The notes: generated from the sequence alone by a model not told the origin. A DNA stretch of 64,000 nucleotides from Thermoanaerobaculia bacterium (GCA_044226625.1 JBGAGQ010000002.1:64001-128000); one strand, 5' to 3'; positions 1 to 15,000 are shown, numbered from the stretch's first letter. Numbers and translations: made by a program.

Positions 1-3000
1 CGGCTCGCCAACATCGAGCTGATCCCCGTGGCGCCCGGACGGACCGTCGCCTACCTCAAGGCCAACGAGCGCGGCCGTGTGCTGATCGCCGCGCGGGTCG
101 AAGGGGTGTTGACCGCCGTCGAGATCGATCTCGAGCTGCCGAACGACGCCGACCGCGACGGCATGACCGACGAGTACGAGATCGCCAAGGGGTTCAACCC
201 GAACAATCCGGCCGACGCGCTCGAGGATCCGGACGGTGACAACCTCTCGAACCTCCAGGAGTTCGAGCTCGGAACCGACCCGAGGAATACGGACACCGAC
301 GCCGACGGCCTGGCCGACGATCGCGAGATCGAGCTGGGCACGCTCCCGACGAATCCCGACAGCGACGGCGACGGCTTCGTCGACAGCCAGGAGATCGACC
401 ACGGCACCAACCCGTTGCTCGGCGACAGCGACGGCGACGGACTGCTCGACGGGCTGGAGATCGCCATCGAGAGCGATCCGCTGGTGGCCAACCTCACCAC
501 CGTGGTCGTCGGCCGGGTCGTCGATTCGGAGGGGGTGGCGGTCCAGGGGGCGGCCGCGGCGGCGTATGGCCGCATCGTCGGCACAACGGATCGGGGAGGA
601 GCGTTCACGCTCGGCCGGGTGCCGGCCGACCGCGGACCGATCGCGGTCTTCGCGCGCGCTCTTCGTGGCGGTTCGGCGCTCGAAGGCAACTCGGCACCCA
701 CCGCGCCAATCGCCGGCGCGACGACCGACGTCGGAACCATCCAGGTCGTTCCGATGAGCTCTCGCGTTTCGGGACGCGTTCTCGACGCGTTCGGCCGCAA
801 CGCGGTGCCGGGGGTGCGCGTGGTCGCGCGTTCGACGTTCGACGTGCGCCAGACCAACACCGACGCGACGGGCGTCTTCACGTTCGATCGCATGGTGCCC
901 GGGATGATCCGCATCGAGGCGACCGATCCCCGCACCGGTCTTCGCGGCCGCGCCGACGTCCATCTGGAGCCCGACGGCGAAGCGGTCGCGACGATCGTCC
1001 TCGGCAGCTTCGGCTCGATCGAGGGGCGCGCGCTCGGACGCGACGCCGTCACCCCGGCCGGGCCGGGGGTGATCGTCCGCCGGATGATCGGCGTGAACGT
1101 GGCAGAGACGACGACCACCGGCGCCGACTCGACGTATCGCTTCGCCTTCGTGCCCCTCGGCGGCTACACGGTCGAGACGTCGAACAGCCAGGGCGACCGC
1201 GGGCGGACTCCCGTGATCATTCAGGCGACCTCGCAAACCGTGGTCGCCGACATCGCCTTCCTCGGCCGCGGTACCGTCAACGGCGTCGTCGAGACCGAGA
1301 CCGGCCAGCCGGTTCCGGGAGCGCCGGTCGAGCTGTCCGGCAATTCGATCTTCGAGCAGCGCCTCTCGACCTTCAGCGCGGCGGACGGCACGTTCTCCCT
1401 GTCGGGTGTCTTCGTCGGCAGGTTCGCCGTGTCGGCGACGAATCCGGCCAATGGGCTCGCGGGTACCGCCTCGGGCGAAATCCGCAACGAGGCCGATCAC
1501 GACGCGGTGACGATCGTCGTCCGGGCGACTGGGACGCTGGTCGGCACGGTCTTCGATTTCGACGGGACGACCCCGGTCGCCGGCGCCTCGGTGAGCGTGG
1601 GCATCCGCTCGACCACGACCGATGCGTCGGGGAATTACCGCCTCGAGCTCCTGCCGCTGCGTGGCTACACCGTCTCGGCGAGCCATCCGACATTGCCGAG
1701 CTGCGGCTCGGCCTCGACCGCGCTCACCGAACCGAACCAGACCGTCCAACGAGACATCACACTGCGCGGCACGGCGGACCTGCGCGTCCACGTCGTCTAT
1801 GCCGACGGCTCGCCCGCTTCGGCGGCGGCCCTCTCTCTGGGCGGAGGCTTCTGCACCGTCGAGCGCCACGGCACGGCGGACGCCCAGGGCGAGATCGTGT
1901 TCGCGCCATTGCCGGTCGGCTCGTTTTCCGTCGAGGCGCTCGGGCCGATCGGCTCGGTCCGGGGCTCGGTGAGCACGGAGCTCCTACCGGGCGAGCACGG
2001 CGAGGTCACGATCGAGCTCGAACCGGTCGGAACGATCGCGGGTCACGTGTTCCAATCCGACGGCGTCACCCCGGTGGCGGGGATGACTGTGAACCTGGTC
2101 GGCGGCGGTCGATCCCAACGCTCCGCCGCGGACGGCTCGTTCCGCTTCGATTTAGTGAAGGTCGCCGGGAGCCCGTATACCCTCCAAGCCCTCGACGCCC
2201 AGAACGTCGTGCTCGCCGAGGAGACCGGCGTCGTCCTTCATCGCCAGGGTGAGCTCGTGGAGCGCAACCTCGTGCTGATTCCGTTGGGGACCGTCACCGG
2301 TACTGTCTACGGCGTCGACGGCGTGCCCAAAGGAGGCGTCGTGGTGGGGGTGAGCGGTGCGCTCGGACGGATTCCGACCCGCTTCGCGACCTCGGACGTC
2401 AACGGCATCTATCGCGCGACGCGGGTGGCGGCGGTCGGAGCGGTGACCGCCTCGGCGCGCGACGCGCTCGGCTTCACCGGCTCGGGCACCGGCACGCTCG
2501 TCGGCGAGAACGCGGTCGCGACGGTCGACGTCCATTTGAACGGCGAGGCGCTCGTCGCCGAGCTCTACGACGCCAACAACTACGTCTACCCGATCGAATT
2601 CCCGAACGGCGGCGTGCGCGACGGCGAGCTCGGCCTGTTCAACGTCGACCGCAAGGATGAAAGGGGGGGATTGCGCCTCGAGCTCGGGACCGGCGGCTCG
2701 TTCCACCGTTTCCTCGGCAACCGCACGCTGGTAACCCTGGACCGGCACGAGGCGATCGTCGAAGGGGACGACGCGGCGACCGGCCTCCACGTGAAGCGCC
2801 GCGCCCGCGTGCCGCAGGACGGCTATTTCGTTCGCTATATCGAGGAGCTTTCGAACCCGACCGCGCAGCCGATCACCGTCGATCTGCGCCTCGCGACGTA
2901 CATGCGCTTCGTCGCGAATACCCGCGGCAGCGGGCGCTTCTTCGATCCGCAGGCGATCACCGCGACCTCCTCAGGTGACGCCGAGCTCGCAGTGGGCGGC

Positions 3001-6000
3001 GCGAGCCCGGATCGCTGGGTGGCGTTCGACGTCAACCTGAGCGGCCGCGCTTACTTCGACGAGGTCTATCCGAGCTTCGGCCACGTTTTCGACGGGCCGG
3101 GTGGACGGGTCGCCGTGTCGACCTCGAGCTACGACTTCCTGTTCGGCGCGAACAATCCGATCGGCACCGAGTCGTACACCCGGCTCCTCGAGCGGTGGTC
3201 GAACTTGACCATTCCGCCGGGCGAGCGCGCCCTGTTGCTCCACTTCGGCATCCAGGAGACGGGGCCTCAAGCGGTACGGACCGCCGCCGAGCGGCTGGTC
3301 CAGCTGCCGCCGGAGGCGTATGAAGGGCTCGACGCCTCCGATCTCGAACGGGTCATGAACTTCGCGATGAATCCGGCGGGAACGAGCACCCTGCCCGCCT
3401 TGCCGCCGCTCGACGGCGTCATCGCCGGCCGCGTGCTCGAAGGCGATCATGCGACGCCCGTTCCAGGGGCCGCGATCACCTACCAGAGCGAGCATCCGCT
3501 GTTCCAGAGGAAATACGTCGTCGGCGCCGACAGCGCGGGCGCTTATCGCGTAGCCGGCACGGCGGTGAACCTGGGCGGCCGCCGCGTGGTGCCGCGCACG
3601 TCGTTCATGGAGATCGCCCGAAATACCCGGACGCAGCAGTTCACGCCGACCTTGCGCGGCGAGTTCCCGGGCGGCGCTCCGAGCGTCAATCTCGACCTCG
3701 TCTTCACCGGCACCGGCTCGGTGATCGGGACGGTCAAGCGCACGGACGGCAACGTGGTGAGCTTCGGCGACGTCGTGATCCGTGCCCGGCAGCAGCTGAT
3801 CAACCTTTCGGCCGGCCTGCCGGCCGCCGGGACCTTCCGCTTCCTGGGCCTGCCGCCCGACGTCTACTCGTTGGTCGCGACCCAGCCCCACCCGCAGGGG
3901 ACCGGCTTGAAGGGCGCCGCCTCGGCGCGCATCACCGGCGACGGCAGCGAGGTGCTCGCCAACATCACCCTCGATCCGGTCGGCGGCGTCTTCGGCACGG
4001 TGCGGGCCGGCGACGGCAACGTCGCGCCGAACCTCGAAGTCATGATGACCTCGCCGACGGCTCCTGAGTTCCTGCGGATGGTGCGCACCGACACGGGAGG
4101 GGCGTACCGCTTCTTCGACGCCCCGGTGGGCAGCTACGTCCTCACCGTGGTCGAGCCGATCACCCACATCCCTAGCCGGGTCGGCGTAACCATCCCGGAG
4201 AACCAGAACGTCGCGCAGGACATCGAGCTGTTCGGGATCGGCGATATCCAGGTCGTCGCCCGGTACAGCGACGGCACCCCCGTGCCCCAGGGCCTCGTGC
4301 GCCTCCAAGTCGCGCCGCTCGGGCCGAACCCGGTACCGGTCGGCAAGACCGACGCCTCCGGCCGGTTGCTGATCGAAGACGTGCCGACGGGAGCCTTCGG
4401 CATCGAGGTGCGGCATCCGCGCACACCGGAGTCAGCGGGCAGCGCGAGCGGCAACCTGCTCCACGGCGGCGACCTCGTGACGGTCGAGATCACCGTCCCG
4501 GTCGACCACGCGCCGACCGTCGAGATGGTGAGCCCCCTTCCGGGACTGCAGGTCGTTCGCGGCCAGAGCGTCCTGATTCAGGCCAACGCCCTCGACGACT
4601 TCAAGGTCGCGAGCGTCGAGTTCGCGATCAACGGCGTCAAGGTCGGCGCGGTCGGCACCTCGCCGTATCGCGTGACCGTGCCGATCGACGCGCCCGCGGG
4701 GAGCCCGGCCGAGGTGCGCGCGACGGCGATCGACAGCGGCGGCAATCGGACCACGGCGGCCGTGACCATCCAAGTCGTCGCCGACACCCATCCGCCCACC
4801 GTCTCGATCACCCGACCGCTCTCCGGCACCTCGGCGGTCGAGGGGACGCCGGTGCTCGTCGAGGCGGCGCCCGCCGACGACATCCGCGTCGCCCGGGTCG
4901 AGCTGCGGGCGAATGGCGCGCTGATCAAGACGCTCCAGGGCCCTCCCTATCAGGCTACCTACGACGTGCCGTCCGACCTGGCGCCGACCGCCACGGTGCT
5001 GGTGCCGATCGCGGCGACGGTTTACGACGGCGCGGGCAACCAGCAGACCGCCTCGGTGATCCTGCGGGTGCTGCCCGACCGCGCGCCGACGATCACCGTG
5101 ACCGACGCGCCGGCCGACAACGTCGAGCTGCCGGAGGGGGCCACGATCCACTTCGCCGCGACGGCCACCGACGACGTGAGGGTGGAGGTCGACCTCTATC
5201 TGAACGGCCAGAAGATCCAGACCCGAGGCGGCGCGCCGTTCGCGTTCAACGCGAAGCTACCGAGCCTCTCGGCCGGCGCGCCGAATCCGGTCACCTATCA
5301 GTTGATCGCCCGCGACTCCCAGGGGCAGACCACGGCCGCGCCGGCGATCCACGTCCGGATCAAGGCCGACGCGCCGCCCACGATCTCGCTCACCGCGCCG
5401 GCGGACGGTGCCGACGTGATCGAGGGATCGACCGTCGCAATCGACGCCGCCGCGACCGACGACGTCTCGCTCGCCAAGGTCGAGCTGTACGTCGCGGACG
5501 AGAAGATCGCCTCGCTCGTCGCGCCGCCCTACCACGCGGCGTTCCAGGTCGCTTCCGGCATCGAAGGATCGCGGCTGGAGATCCGCGCCGTCGCGACCGA
5601 CGCCTCGGGACAGACCGCCGAGGCGACCGCGACGCTCACGCGGCGCGACGACGCTACGCCTCCCGCCGTGTCCATCACCTCGCCGGCCGACGGCGCGAGC
5701 GTTGCGCTCGGCGCCACCGATGTGATCCTGGCGATCGACAACTCGTCGGCGAGTAGCGTTACGACCGGGGTCGACTACACCGGCGACGGCACGGCGGAGA
5801 CGATCTTGGGAGCCGAGATCTATGCCGCGCGCCAGGTGCTCGCGCGGTTGACTCCGACCGTATCGCGCGTGGCGATCGTGCGGGCCGGGGTTCCGGCCTC
5901 GGCCTATCTGGGGCTCACCGCCGACTTCGAGCTGGTCGATCAGCGGCTCGGCGATCTGCTCGCCGGCGGCACTTCCGGCGGCTCGAACCTCGACACGACG

Positions 6001-9000
6001 CTCGCGGTCTGCTGGGGAGAGCTCGGAAGCATTCGCGCCCGGCGGACGGCGAGCCCGCTCACGATCCTGTTCGCGACCGGCGGCAGCGCCGCTTCCGAGG
6101 CGGAGCTCGGCCGGGCGGTCGACGCGGGAGAGCGGATCCACGCGCTCGATTTCGGCGCGATCGCCAGCCCGAACCTCGTCGCGATCGCGACCGCGACCGG
6201 CGGTGCCTCGGCGCGCGTGCGGAGCGTGGCGGACCTCGGCAACGCCCTGCCGCTCATCCTTTCCTCCGGCGACCAGATCGCGATCAGCGCCGACGCGACG
6301 GACGACGTGGCGGTGCGTGCGGTGACGTTCTCGATCGTTTCGGCCGACGGTAGCTTCGACCGGACGTTCGTCGACGAGGCCCCGCCGTTCGCGGCGAGCT
6401 TCACCGCGCCCACGATCCAACAGCCGCTCGGCCTTACGGTCACAGCGACGGCGCGCGATTTCGGCGGCAACGACGTGAGCTCCCCGCCGGTCTCGGTGAC
6501 GCTCGCGCCGGGCGTCGCCTCGCCGCAGCTCGTTCGGCTTCAGCCGGCGGCGGGCACGATCGGGACGACGGTCCAGGTGATCGGCCGCGCGTTCGCCCCG
6601 AATCCGGCGGACGATGCGGTGCGCTTCGCCGGCGGCACTTCGGGCGTGCCGGCGACGGTCTCCTCGGGTAACAAGTTCTCGCTCACCGTCACCGTTCCGG
6701 CCGGCGCCGCGAGCGGTCCGGTGACCGTCACCGTCGACGGCGAGACCAGCAACGGTGTCGCCTTCTCGCTCGACAGCGACGGCGACGGGTTGACCGACGA
6801 GCAGGAGGTCGCGCTCGGCACGAATCCGAACGATCGCGACACCGACGACGACGGCCTCGAAGACGGTGCCGAGGTGAACGCGCATCACACGAACCCGCTG
6901 CTCGCCGACAGCGATGGCGATGGTTTGAACGACGGCTTCGAGGTCCGGAACGGCTTCGATCCGCTGGCGGGCGGCGAGCAAGGGCTCGATCCGGACGCCG
7001 ATGGGCTCACCAACCTCGAAGAGCAGACGGCGGGGACCGATCCGAACCGCGCCGACACCGACCACGACGGCCTCACCGATGGTGCCGAGGTCCATACCCA
7101 CCACACCAACCCGACGCTCTTCGACACCGATACCGGAGGCGTCGACGACGGAACCGAGATCCAGAACGGCACGAACCCGCTCGACTCGACCGACGACGCG
7201 GTCAGCTTGCCGCGGACGCTCCGCGACGGCGCGGGTGTCGATTGGCAGGTCCGCGAGCACATGGGGAGCCAGGGCGATCCGGGCGACGGCGGCTTCGCCA
7301 TCTACTCGAGCGGCTTCTTCGTCCGGGGCGCGTTCGACCTGATCACCGACGACCTCACGAACAATCGACCGCGCCTGCTGTTCGGCAGCAATACCCTCAA
7401 CCGGGCGATCCCGGAGGACGGCGGTCGCGAGCTCCGGCTCGGGCCGGTCGTCCGTTCGGGCTTGAACGTTTCACGAAAGATCTTCGTCCCGTCCGACGAC
7501 TCCTTCGTCCGCTATCTGGAGATCTTCGAGAATCCGACCGAAAACCCGGTTCCGGTACGCGCTGAGATCACGAGCAAGGTCGGCACCGAGGCGAAGACCG
7601 AGGTCGTCGCCACCAGCTCGGGCGGGACCACGTTCGGGCTCCACGACCGCTTCATCGTCACCGACGATGCGGACGGCACGGGTCACGCGGCGGTCGCCCA
7701 CGTCATCGCGGGCCCGAACGCCAAGTCGCTTCCGGCCGAGGTCTACTCGACGCGCCTGGAGTCGGCGGAGCCGGGGGACGACGTCATCGACTACGCCTAT
7801 CGGTTCGTCGTGCCGCCGGGCGAAACCCGGGCGATCCTGCACTTCGGGGTGAAGAATCCGACGCGCGCCGCGGTGCGGACGAAGGTCGATCAGCTGCTCA
7901 CGCTGTCCGGCCGCGCGCTCTCGGGCCTTTCGGCGTCCGAGCAGGCGGCGGTGATCAACTTCTTCGCCTACGCCGACGCCGACCAGGACGGCCTCGCCGA
8001 CTCCGACGAGGCGGCCCACGGCGCGGATCCGGGTGATTCGGACAGCGACGACGACGAGCTCTCGGACGGCTTCGAGGTCCGATACGGGTTCGATCCGGCC
8101 GCGGCGGGCGAGCAGCATCTGGATCCGGACGGCGACGGGCTCGACAACCTCGCCGAGCAGGACGCGCTCGCCGATCCGACGAAGGCCGACACCGACGGCG
8201 ATGGACTCACCGACGCCGCAGAGGTTGCGGCCGGCACCGAAGCTTCGCTCGCCGACAGCGACTTCGACGATCTCTCCGACAGCGCGGAGATCTCGACCCA
8301 CGGCACCGATCCGAAGCGTCACGACAGCGACGGCGGTGGCGTGCCCGACGGTCCGGAGATCGTGGGCGCGACGGATCCCCAGGATCCGGAGGACGACCGG
8401 CGCGTGATCGTTCCGCCGGTCGAAACCGACGGCGCCCGGTGGCGCTGGGACCTCACGTCTGACGCGCGGTTCCGCAACGGCTCCGACGGCGCCTTCGCCG
8501 ACTCCGGCTCGGTGGGATTCTCGGGAGGCTTCGAGAGCTCGATCGACGGTCTGCGCCACCCCTCCGAGAGCGGCGACCAGATCTACGGTGAGGACGGGGT
8601 GCGCGAGATCGTCTACGCGAAAACGGGTTACATCCAGCCGAAGCGCACGGCCCTGTGGACGCGGAAGATCTTCATTCCCAAGGACGACTCCTTCGCTCGC
8701 ATCCTCGACATCTTCGAGCCCCCGTTTGCGGCACCGGTGGACGTGGAGCTCGAGGTCCGCTCGACCCTCGGCTCGGGCTCGAGCACGGTGTTGGTCAAGA
8801 CCGGCAGCGGCGACCTCCAGTTCCTTCCCGACGACGATTGGATCGTCACCGACGATCTCGACGCCGTCGGTCGGCCGGCGATCGCCCACGTGCTCGCCGG
8901 ACCGACGGGCGACCTCCGTCCGGAGTTGGTGTCGACCTCGGCTCCGGGCGGCGGCCAGGTGCGGTGGACCTATCGCCTGCACATCCCCGCGGGGGAGAGG

Positions 9001-12000
9001 CGCGCCCTGCTCTCCTTCGGCGTGCAGCGCAAGACCCGCGCCGAGGCGCTGGCGGTGGCCGACCGCCTCGCCCGGCTCGCTCCGCAGGCGCCGTTCGGCC
9101 TCGCGGCCCTGTCCGGTCTCTCGCCCGCGGAGCAGGGCGAGATCGTCAACTTCTTCGCCTATCCCGACGCCGATCTCGACCGCCTCTCGGACGCGGACGA
9201 GGCGCGGCTCGGCACCGATCCGAATGATCCCGACACCGACGGTGACGGTATGACCGACGGCTTCGAGGTCTCGGGAGGTCTCGATCCGACGAGCCCCGGT
9301 GACGCTCACGCCGATCCGGACGGCGACGGTCTCGACAACCTCGGCGAGTTCGCCGCGCATTCGCTTCCGAACGATCCCGACACGGACGACGACGGGCTAT
9401 CGGACGGCGACGAGGTGCTCACCTACCACTCGAACCCGATCGTCGGCGACACCGACGGCGACGGCCTCGTCGACGGCGTGGAGGTCCATACTCATCACAC
9501 GAGCCCGACGCTCGCCGACACCGACGGCGGCGGCCGCAGCGACGGCGACGAAGTGCGCGACGGCACCGATCCGCTGAACCCGGCGGACGACTTCGGTTCT
9601 CGAGCGCTCCCGACCGAGATGCTCGATCGCGACGGCTTCCGCTGGGATGTCCAGAAGAACGGCTCGATCCTTGCTGGCAGCCTCGCGTTCTCCGGCGCGG
9701 CACGTCTCGAGGTCAACGGCCTTGCGTTCCCCGAGTTCGCCGACGCGCGAACCGAGCCGGGCGGACGTGAGCTGCTGATCGGTCCATGGCGGCCCACCTC
9801 CGGCGTGAACCAGGGTCTCCAAGTGACGCGCAAGGTCTTCGTGCCGAGCGACGACACCTTCGCCCGGTACCTCGAATCGATCGAGAACACGACCGACGCG
9901 CCGGTCGTCGCCCGACTCGTCGTGCGCACCCAGGAGCGGGGGGCTGTCCAGGTCCTCACGACCTCGTCCGGCGACACGACGTTCGATCGGGCGGACCGAT
10001 GGCTCTCGCTCGACGACGACGACGGCGGATCGGGGGACCTCCAACCGCCGGTCGCCCTCGCGCTCGCCGGCCCCGCGGCGCGGCTCCGTCCGGACGAGGC
10101 GTCGCAGTCGCCCGCCCTCTCGACCTTCGCCTATGAGGTGCGGATCCCGCCCCACAGCCGCGCGATCGTGATGCATTTCCTCACCCAGCAGGGGAGCCGG
10201 GAGGAGGCGGCGGCCAAGGGCGCCGACCTCGAGCACCTGCGCGGCTCGGCTCGCGCCGGCCTCGAGCCCGACGAGCCGGCCGAGATCGAGAACTTCTTCG
10301 CCTTCGCGGATCTCGATTTCGACGGTCTCGCCGATACCGACGAGGCGACCGCGGGCACCGATCCCGCGAATCCCGACGGCGACGGCGACGGATTGCTCGA
10401 CGGATTCGAGGCGCGATATGGATTCGACCCGCTCACGGCGGGGGAGCAGCATCAAGATCCGGACGGCGACGGCCTCGACAACCTTGCCGAGCAGTCGGCC
10501 GGGACCGACCCCAGCCTCGCCGACACCGACGGCGACGGGCTGTCGGACGGCGCCGAGGTCTCGGTCCATCACACCGATCCCCTCGACGACGATTCCGACG
10601 AAGGGGGTCGCGGCGACGCGACCGAGATCCAGGTCGACGGCACCGACCCAGCCGACGGGGCGGACGATCTCCGGCCCGCCACGCCCACGGCCTTCGGTAC
10701 CGCCGACGGCCTCGGTTATCGCTGGATCCTGTCGGAAACGCAGGGCTACGTTTTCACCGGGCCGACGAACGTCTTCTCTCCGGGCTCCCAGCTCGAAGTG
10801 GACAATCAGTCGTTCTACGAGCCCGTAAAGAAGCCGCTCGGCTCGCCGGACCAGCGCCTCTGGTCGTTCGGGCCGATCGACCTTTCGTCGGGACTGCTCG
10901 CGTCGCGCAAGGTCTACGTGCCGGGGGACAGCGGCTTCGCCCGCTACGTCGAGGTTTTGGAAAACCCCACCGCCGGGCCGATCTCCGCGGTCGTCCAGGT
11001 GAACGACCAGTTTTCGGTCGGCTACTCCTACCTCGGCACTAGCAGCGGCGACGCAGCGCTCGACGCGGGAGACTCCTGGGCGTTGTTCGACGATGGTGAC
11101 GGCAGCGGGGCTCCCGCCTATCTCTCCCTCTTCGCCGGTCCGGGCGGCAAGGTGAAGCCGTTGTTCGCGCGCACCGACGTGCCCGGCGGAAGCCAGAACC
11201 AGTTCTACTACCGGATCACCATACCGCCGGGAGGAAAGGCCGCGCTGCTGCATTTCCTCTTGCTGCGTGGCAGCCGGTCCGACGCGGCGACCGCCGCGTC
11301 CGACCTCTCGCGGCTGCCGCAGACCGCCCTCGCGCACCTCACGGCGGTCGACCAGGCGGCGATCGCCAACTTCTTCGCCTATCTGGACAGCGACGGCGAC
11401 CTCCTGTCCGACGATGACGAGGCGCGGCTGGGCACCGATCCGAACCGCGCGGATACCGACGGCGACGGCATCACCGACGGTTACGAGGTGGCGCATGGGC
11501 TCAATCCGCTGTCGGCGGCCGACGGCGCGGCCGATCCCGACGGCGACGGCCTCGCAAACCTCGAGGAGGCGACCGCCCGGACCGATCCCCACGTCGCCGA
11601 CACCGACGGCGACGGTCTCTTGGACGGCGCCGAGGTCCATACCCATGCGACCGATCCGACGAAAGCCGACACCGACACGGACGGTCTCCGCGATGGGCGC
11701 GAGATCGAGCTCGGCACGAACCCGAAGCTCGCCGACACCGACGGCGGCGGGGCGACCGACGGCGAAGAGATCGAGGACGGCACCGATCCCCTGGTCGCCG
11801 CCGACGACGCGGGCGCGATCGTGCTCGATCCGGACGTCGCCGATCCGATCGCGCAAGGAGCGTCCGCCGCGGTCGACCGCGACAGAAACGTGCATCTGAT
11901 CTGGCACGACCAGAACTCCTGCGCCTTCCGGTATTCGCTGCGCGACCGCCTCGGCCGGGCGAAGATCGCCGCCACCACGCTGACCCAGACGTGCAACGGG

Positions 12001-15000
12001 AGCAAGCCGTCGTTAGCGATCGACGGCCGCGGGGTCGTCCACCTCACCTGGTCGGAAGACGACGGCGGAGGCACCGCGCGTCTCTGGTACGCCCGGGTCG
12101 ACCCCTCGCGCGACGACCGCGACGGCTCGGCCGCGGACCCGGCGGCGATCCTCACGATCGCGCCCCGCTGGGTCGCGGCCGCCCCGGCCGCGACGAGCAG
12201 CGACCTGCGACCGATCGTGGTCGCCGACGACGTCGGCGTATCCCACGTCGCTTGGTTCGAAGAGCGGAGGGAGCGCAACGCCGAGGGAAGCTTCCTCACC
12301 CGGGACTTCCTCCACGCGACGCGGATCTCCGCGGGCACGAGGCTAGAGATCTCCGACCGTCTCCTGGACGTCGCGCCCTATTTCGATACCGCTCGCTTCG
12401 CTGCGGCTCTGGACGACGGCGGCGACCTGCATCTCGCGACCGGTTCCTATCGCGCTCCGGACTCGCAGGAGGCGATGCCAGGACTTTGGTACTGGATGCT
12501 GGACGGCCGGTCCAACGAGCTCAAGATCGCCGCGACCCGGCTCGTCGTTGAAGACACGCCGGCGGGCCTCGCGCGGCTTCTCGCGCGCGGCGACCGAGTG
12601 AGCGCGGTCTTCCGCTCCGGCTCGGACTCCCGGCAGGTCCTGCGCGTCGAGGTCGAGCCGGGACGCGACGATCGGAGCGGCGACGCCGCGGATCCCAGCG
12701 TGATCGTCGTCTCTGGCCCCACCGAGCTGCCGAGTCCCGAGCCGGGACCGACGACGGCCGGCACGGGCCTCGCCGGCGCGGCGTTCGACCGCGACGGCGC
12801 GGCGTACCTCGCGTTCAATTCCTCCGACCTTTTCGACAACAGTTCTGTCGACCTCCTGGCCGAGGCGCTCGGGAGCGACGGCTCGACGCTGTTCCCGGCA
12901 CGCTCGGTCCGTCGCCGCGCGGTCTATCTCGGGGGCGAGGAGATCTCCGGCGCGGCGGTGGCGGGGACCTGTTACGTACCGTGGGTCCGCCGCGAGCCGA
13001 CGTTCGAGAACCGGCTGGTCCTCTCGGTGGTGAACCCCGATGCCGACGGCGACGGCCTCGCGAACCTCGGCGAAGAAACCGCGGGGACCGACCCGCGCGC
13101 GGTAGACACCGATCACGACGGCCTACGCGACGGTTTCGAGGTCCGCTACGCCTTCAACCCGCTCGCCGCGGGGGAGGCCGGTGGGGATCCCGACGCCGAC
13201 GCGCTCACCAACGCCCAGGAGCAGGCGGCCGGCACGGATCCGCGCCGCGCCGACACGGACGGCGACGGCCTCTCGGACGGCCAGGAGGTCAATGTCCTCC
13301 ACACCGATCCGACCCGGCGCGATACCGACCGCGACGGGCTGGACGACCGCGACGAGACTTTGCGCGGGAGCGATCCGAACGACGTCGACAGCGACGGCGA
13401 CGGACTTCCCGACGGCGTGGAGGTCGAGCGCGGAACGAATCCGACTTCGCCCGCCGACGGCGCCTTCGACGAGGACGGCGACGGCCTCTCGGCAGGGGAG
13501 GAGTACGCCGCCGGGACCGATCCGACGGCCCCCGACACGGACCACGACGGTCTCTCGGACGGCGACGAGGTCCACGTCCATCACACCGATCCGACGCTCG
13601 ACGACAGCGACCGCGACGGCCTCGCGGACGCCTATGAGATCGCGACGTCCCACACCGACCCGAACCTCTGGGACGGCGACGGCGGGGGCCGGAGCGACGG
13701 GCAGGAAGTCCGCTTCGACGGCACGAATCCGAGCGTCGCGGGCGACGACCTCGCGGCGACTTGGATCAACGAGTATCCGTACGTCTATGGCCAGACCGTC
13801 GAGCGCGACGCCGCGGGTAACAGCCACGTCTTCTGGCTCGGCGGCGACTATGGGGAGCTCACATACTCGATGATCTCTCCTTCGGGCGCGACGTTGATCA
13901 ACGACACCGAGCTGTTCGACACCCAGGCCTTCCCCGACCGGCCGAAGTCGGCTGTCGGTCCGGACGGACGGCTCCACCTCGTTTGGTTCGAGCAGGAGGC
14001 GCTCCACCACCTGGCGATCGATCCGTCGCTCGACGACCGCGACGGCTCGGCGGCCGACCCGGCGACGATCCGGGTCCAGGGGCCGACGACGATCGGCGAT
14101 CCCGCGAGCACCTTCGAGCGGGTCGACGAGGAGATCGCGGTCGGTCCCGACGGTCGGGTCCATCTCGCCTGGGTCGAGCTCGCCACCCGCGGTTGCTGCG
14201 GTAACAGCGAGGCGTTCGACCAGATCCATTACCAGCAGCTCGACGCGGCGGGCAACGTCCGCCTAGCCGACCGCGCGGTGTACGAGTGCAAGGCTGTGAG
14301 GCAACAGGGAAGCGAGCAGCTCGCGCCCACGGTGGCGCCGCGAAGCCATTTTGCAAGCGGTAGTCCGACGCTTCCGAACCTGGCCGTGGCCGCCGACGGT
14401 TCGGTTCACCTTCTCTTCACCTGCGAAGGACCGACCGACGGCCAGGGTCTCCATGAGTTGATGCTCGACGGGGCGACCGGCGCCGTGAGGATCGGCGCCA
14501 CGAACTTGGTGCCCGCGAGCGGCGAGAACGTCGTGCGCGCCCGGGCTCGAGTCGCCGCCGACGGTTCGGTCGTGGTGACGTTCGACCGCGGTACGACCTC
14601 TCGCGAGGTCCAGTTGATCCGCTTCCAGCCGGCGCTCGACGATCGCGACGGCTCGCCGGCGAACCCAGCGACGATCGTCACCCTGGGACCGGTGACAGTG
14701 ACGCCTCGGGATGAAATTCCCTCCGACCACTCCGACCTAGCGCTCGACGCCACGGGCCGTCCGATCGTCACCTTCTTCGAGCATCCTTTCTATCGCCTGG
14801 ACTCCGGCTTGCCCAAGCTCGTGGTCGCGGAAACGAACGGAGTTCCGCTCGCGCCGCCGATCGACCTCAGCTCGAGGCAACTCGTCGAAACCGTAAGCAC
14901 CGAGGTGCTGCCGGTCTCGGCCGGCGGCTCGGGGATCTCGACCGCCATCCTCGGCTACGATCCGGACACGTTCGAGAGCCGGATCCTATTGCTGCGGTTT

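Noticed and set aside
51-14771. Many long antisense and alternate-frame ORFs (e.g. 9397-11907, 5257-7260) over the giant gene
   Set aside because: Shadow ORFs expected from stop-poor high-GC codon use; Arg/Gly-rich with no motifs.
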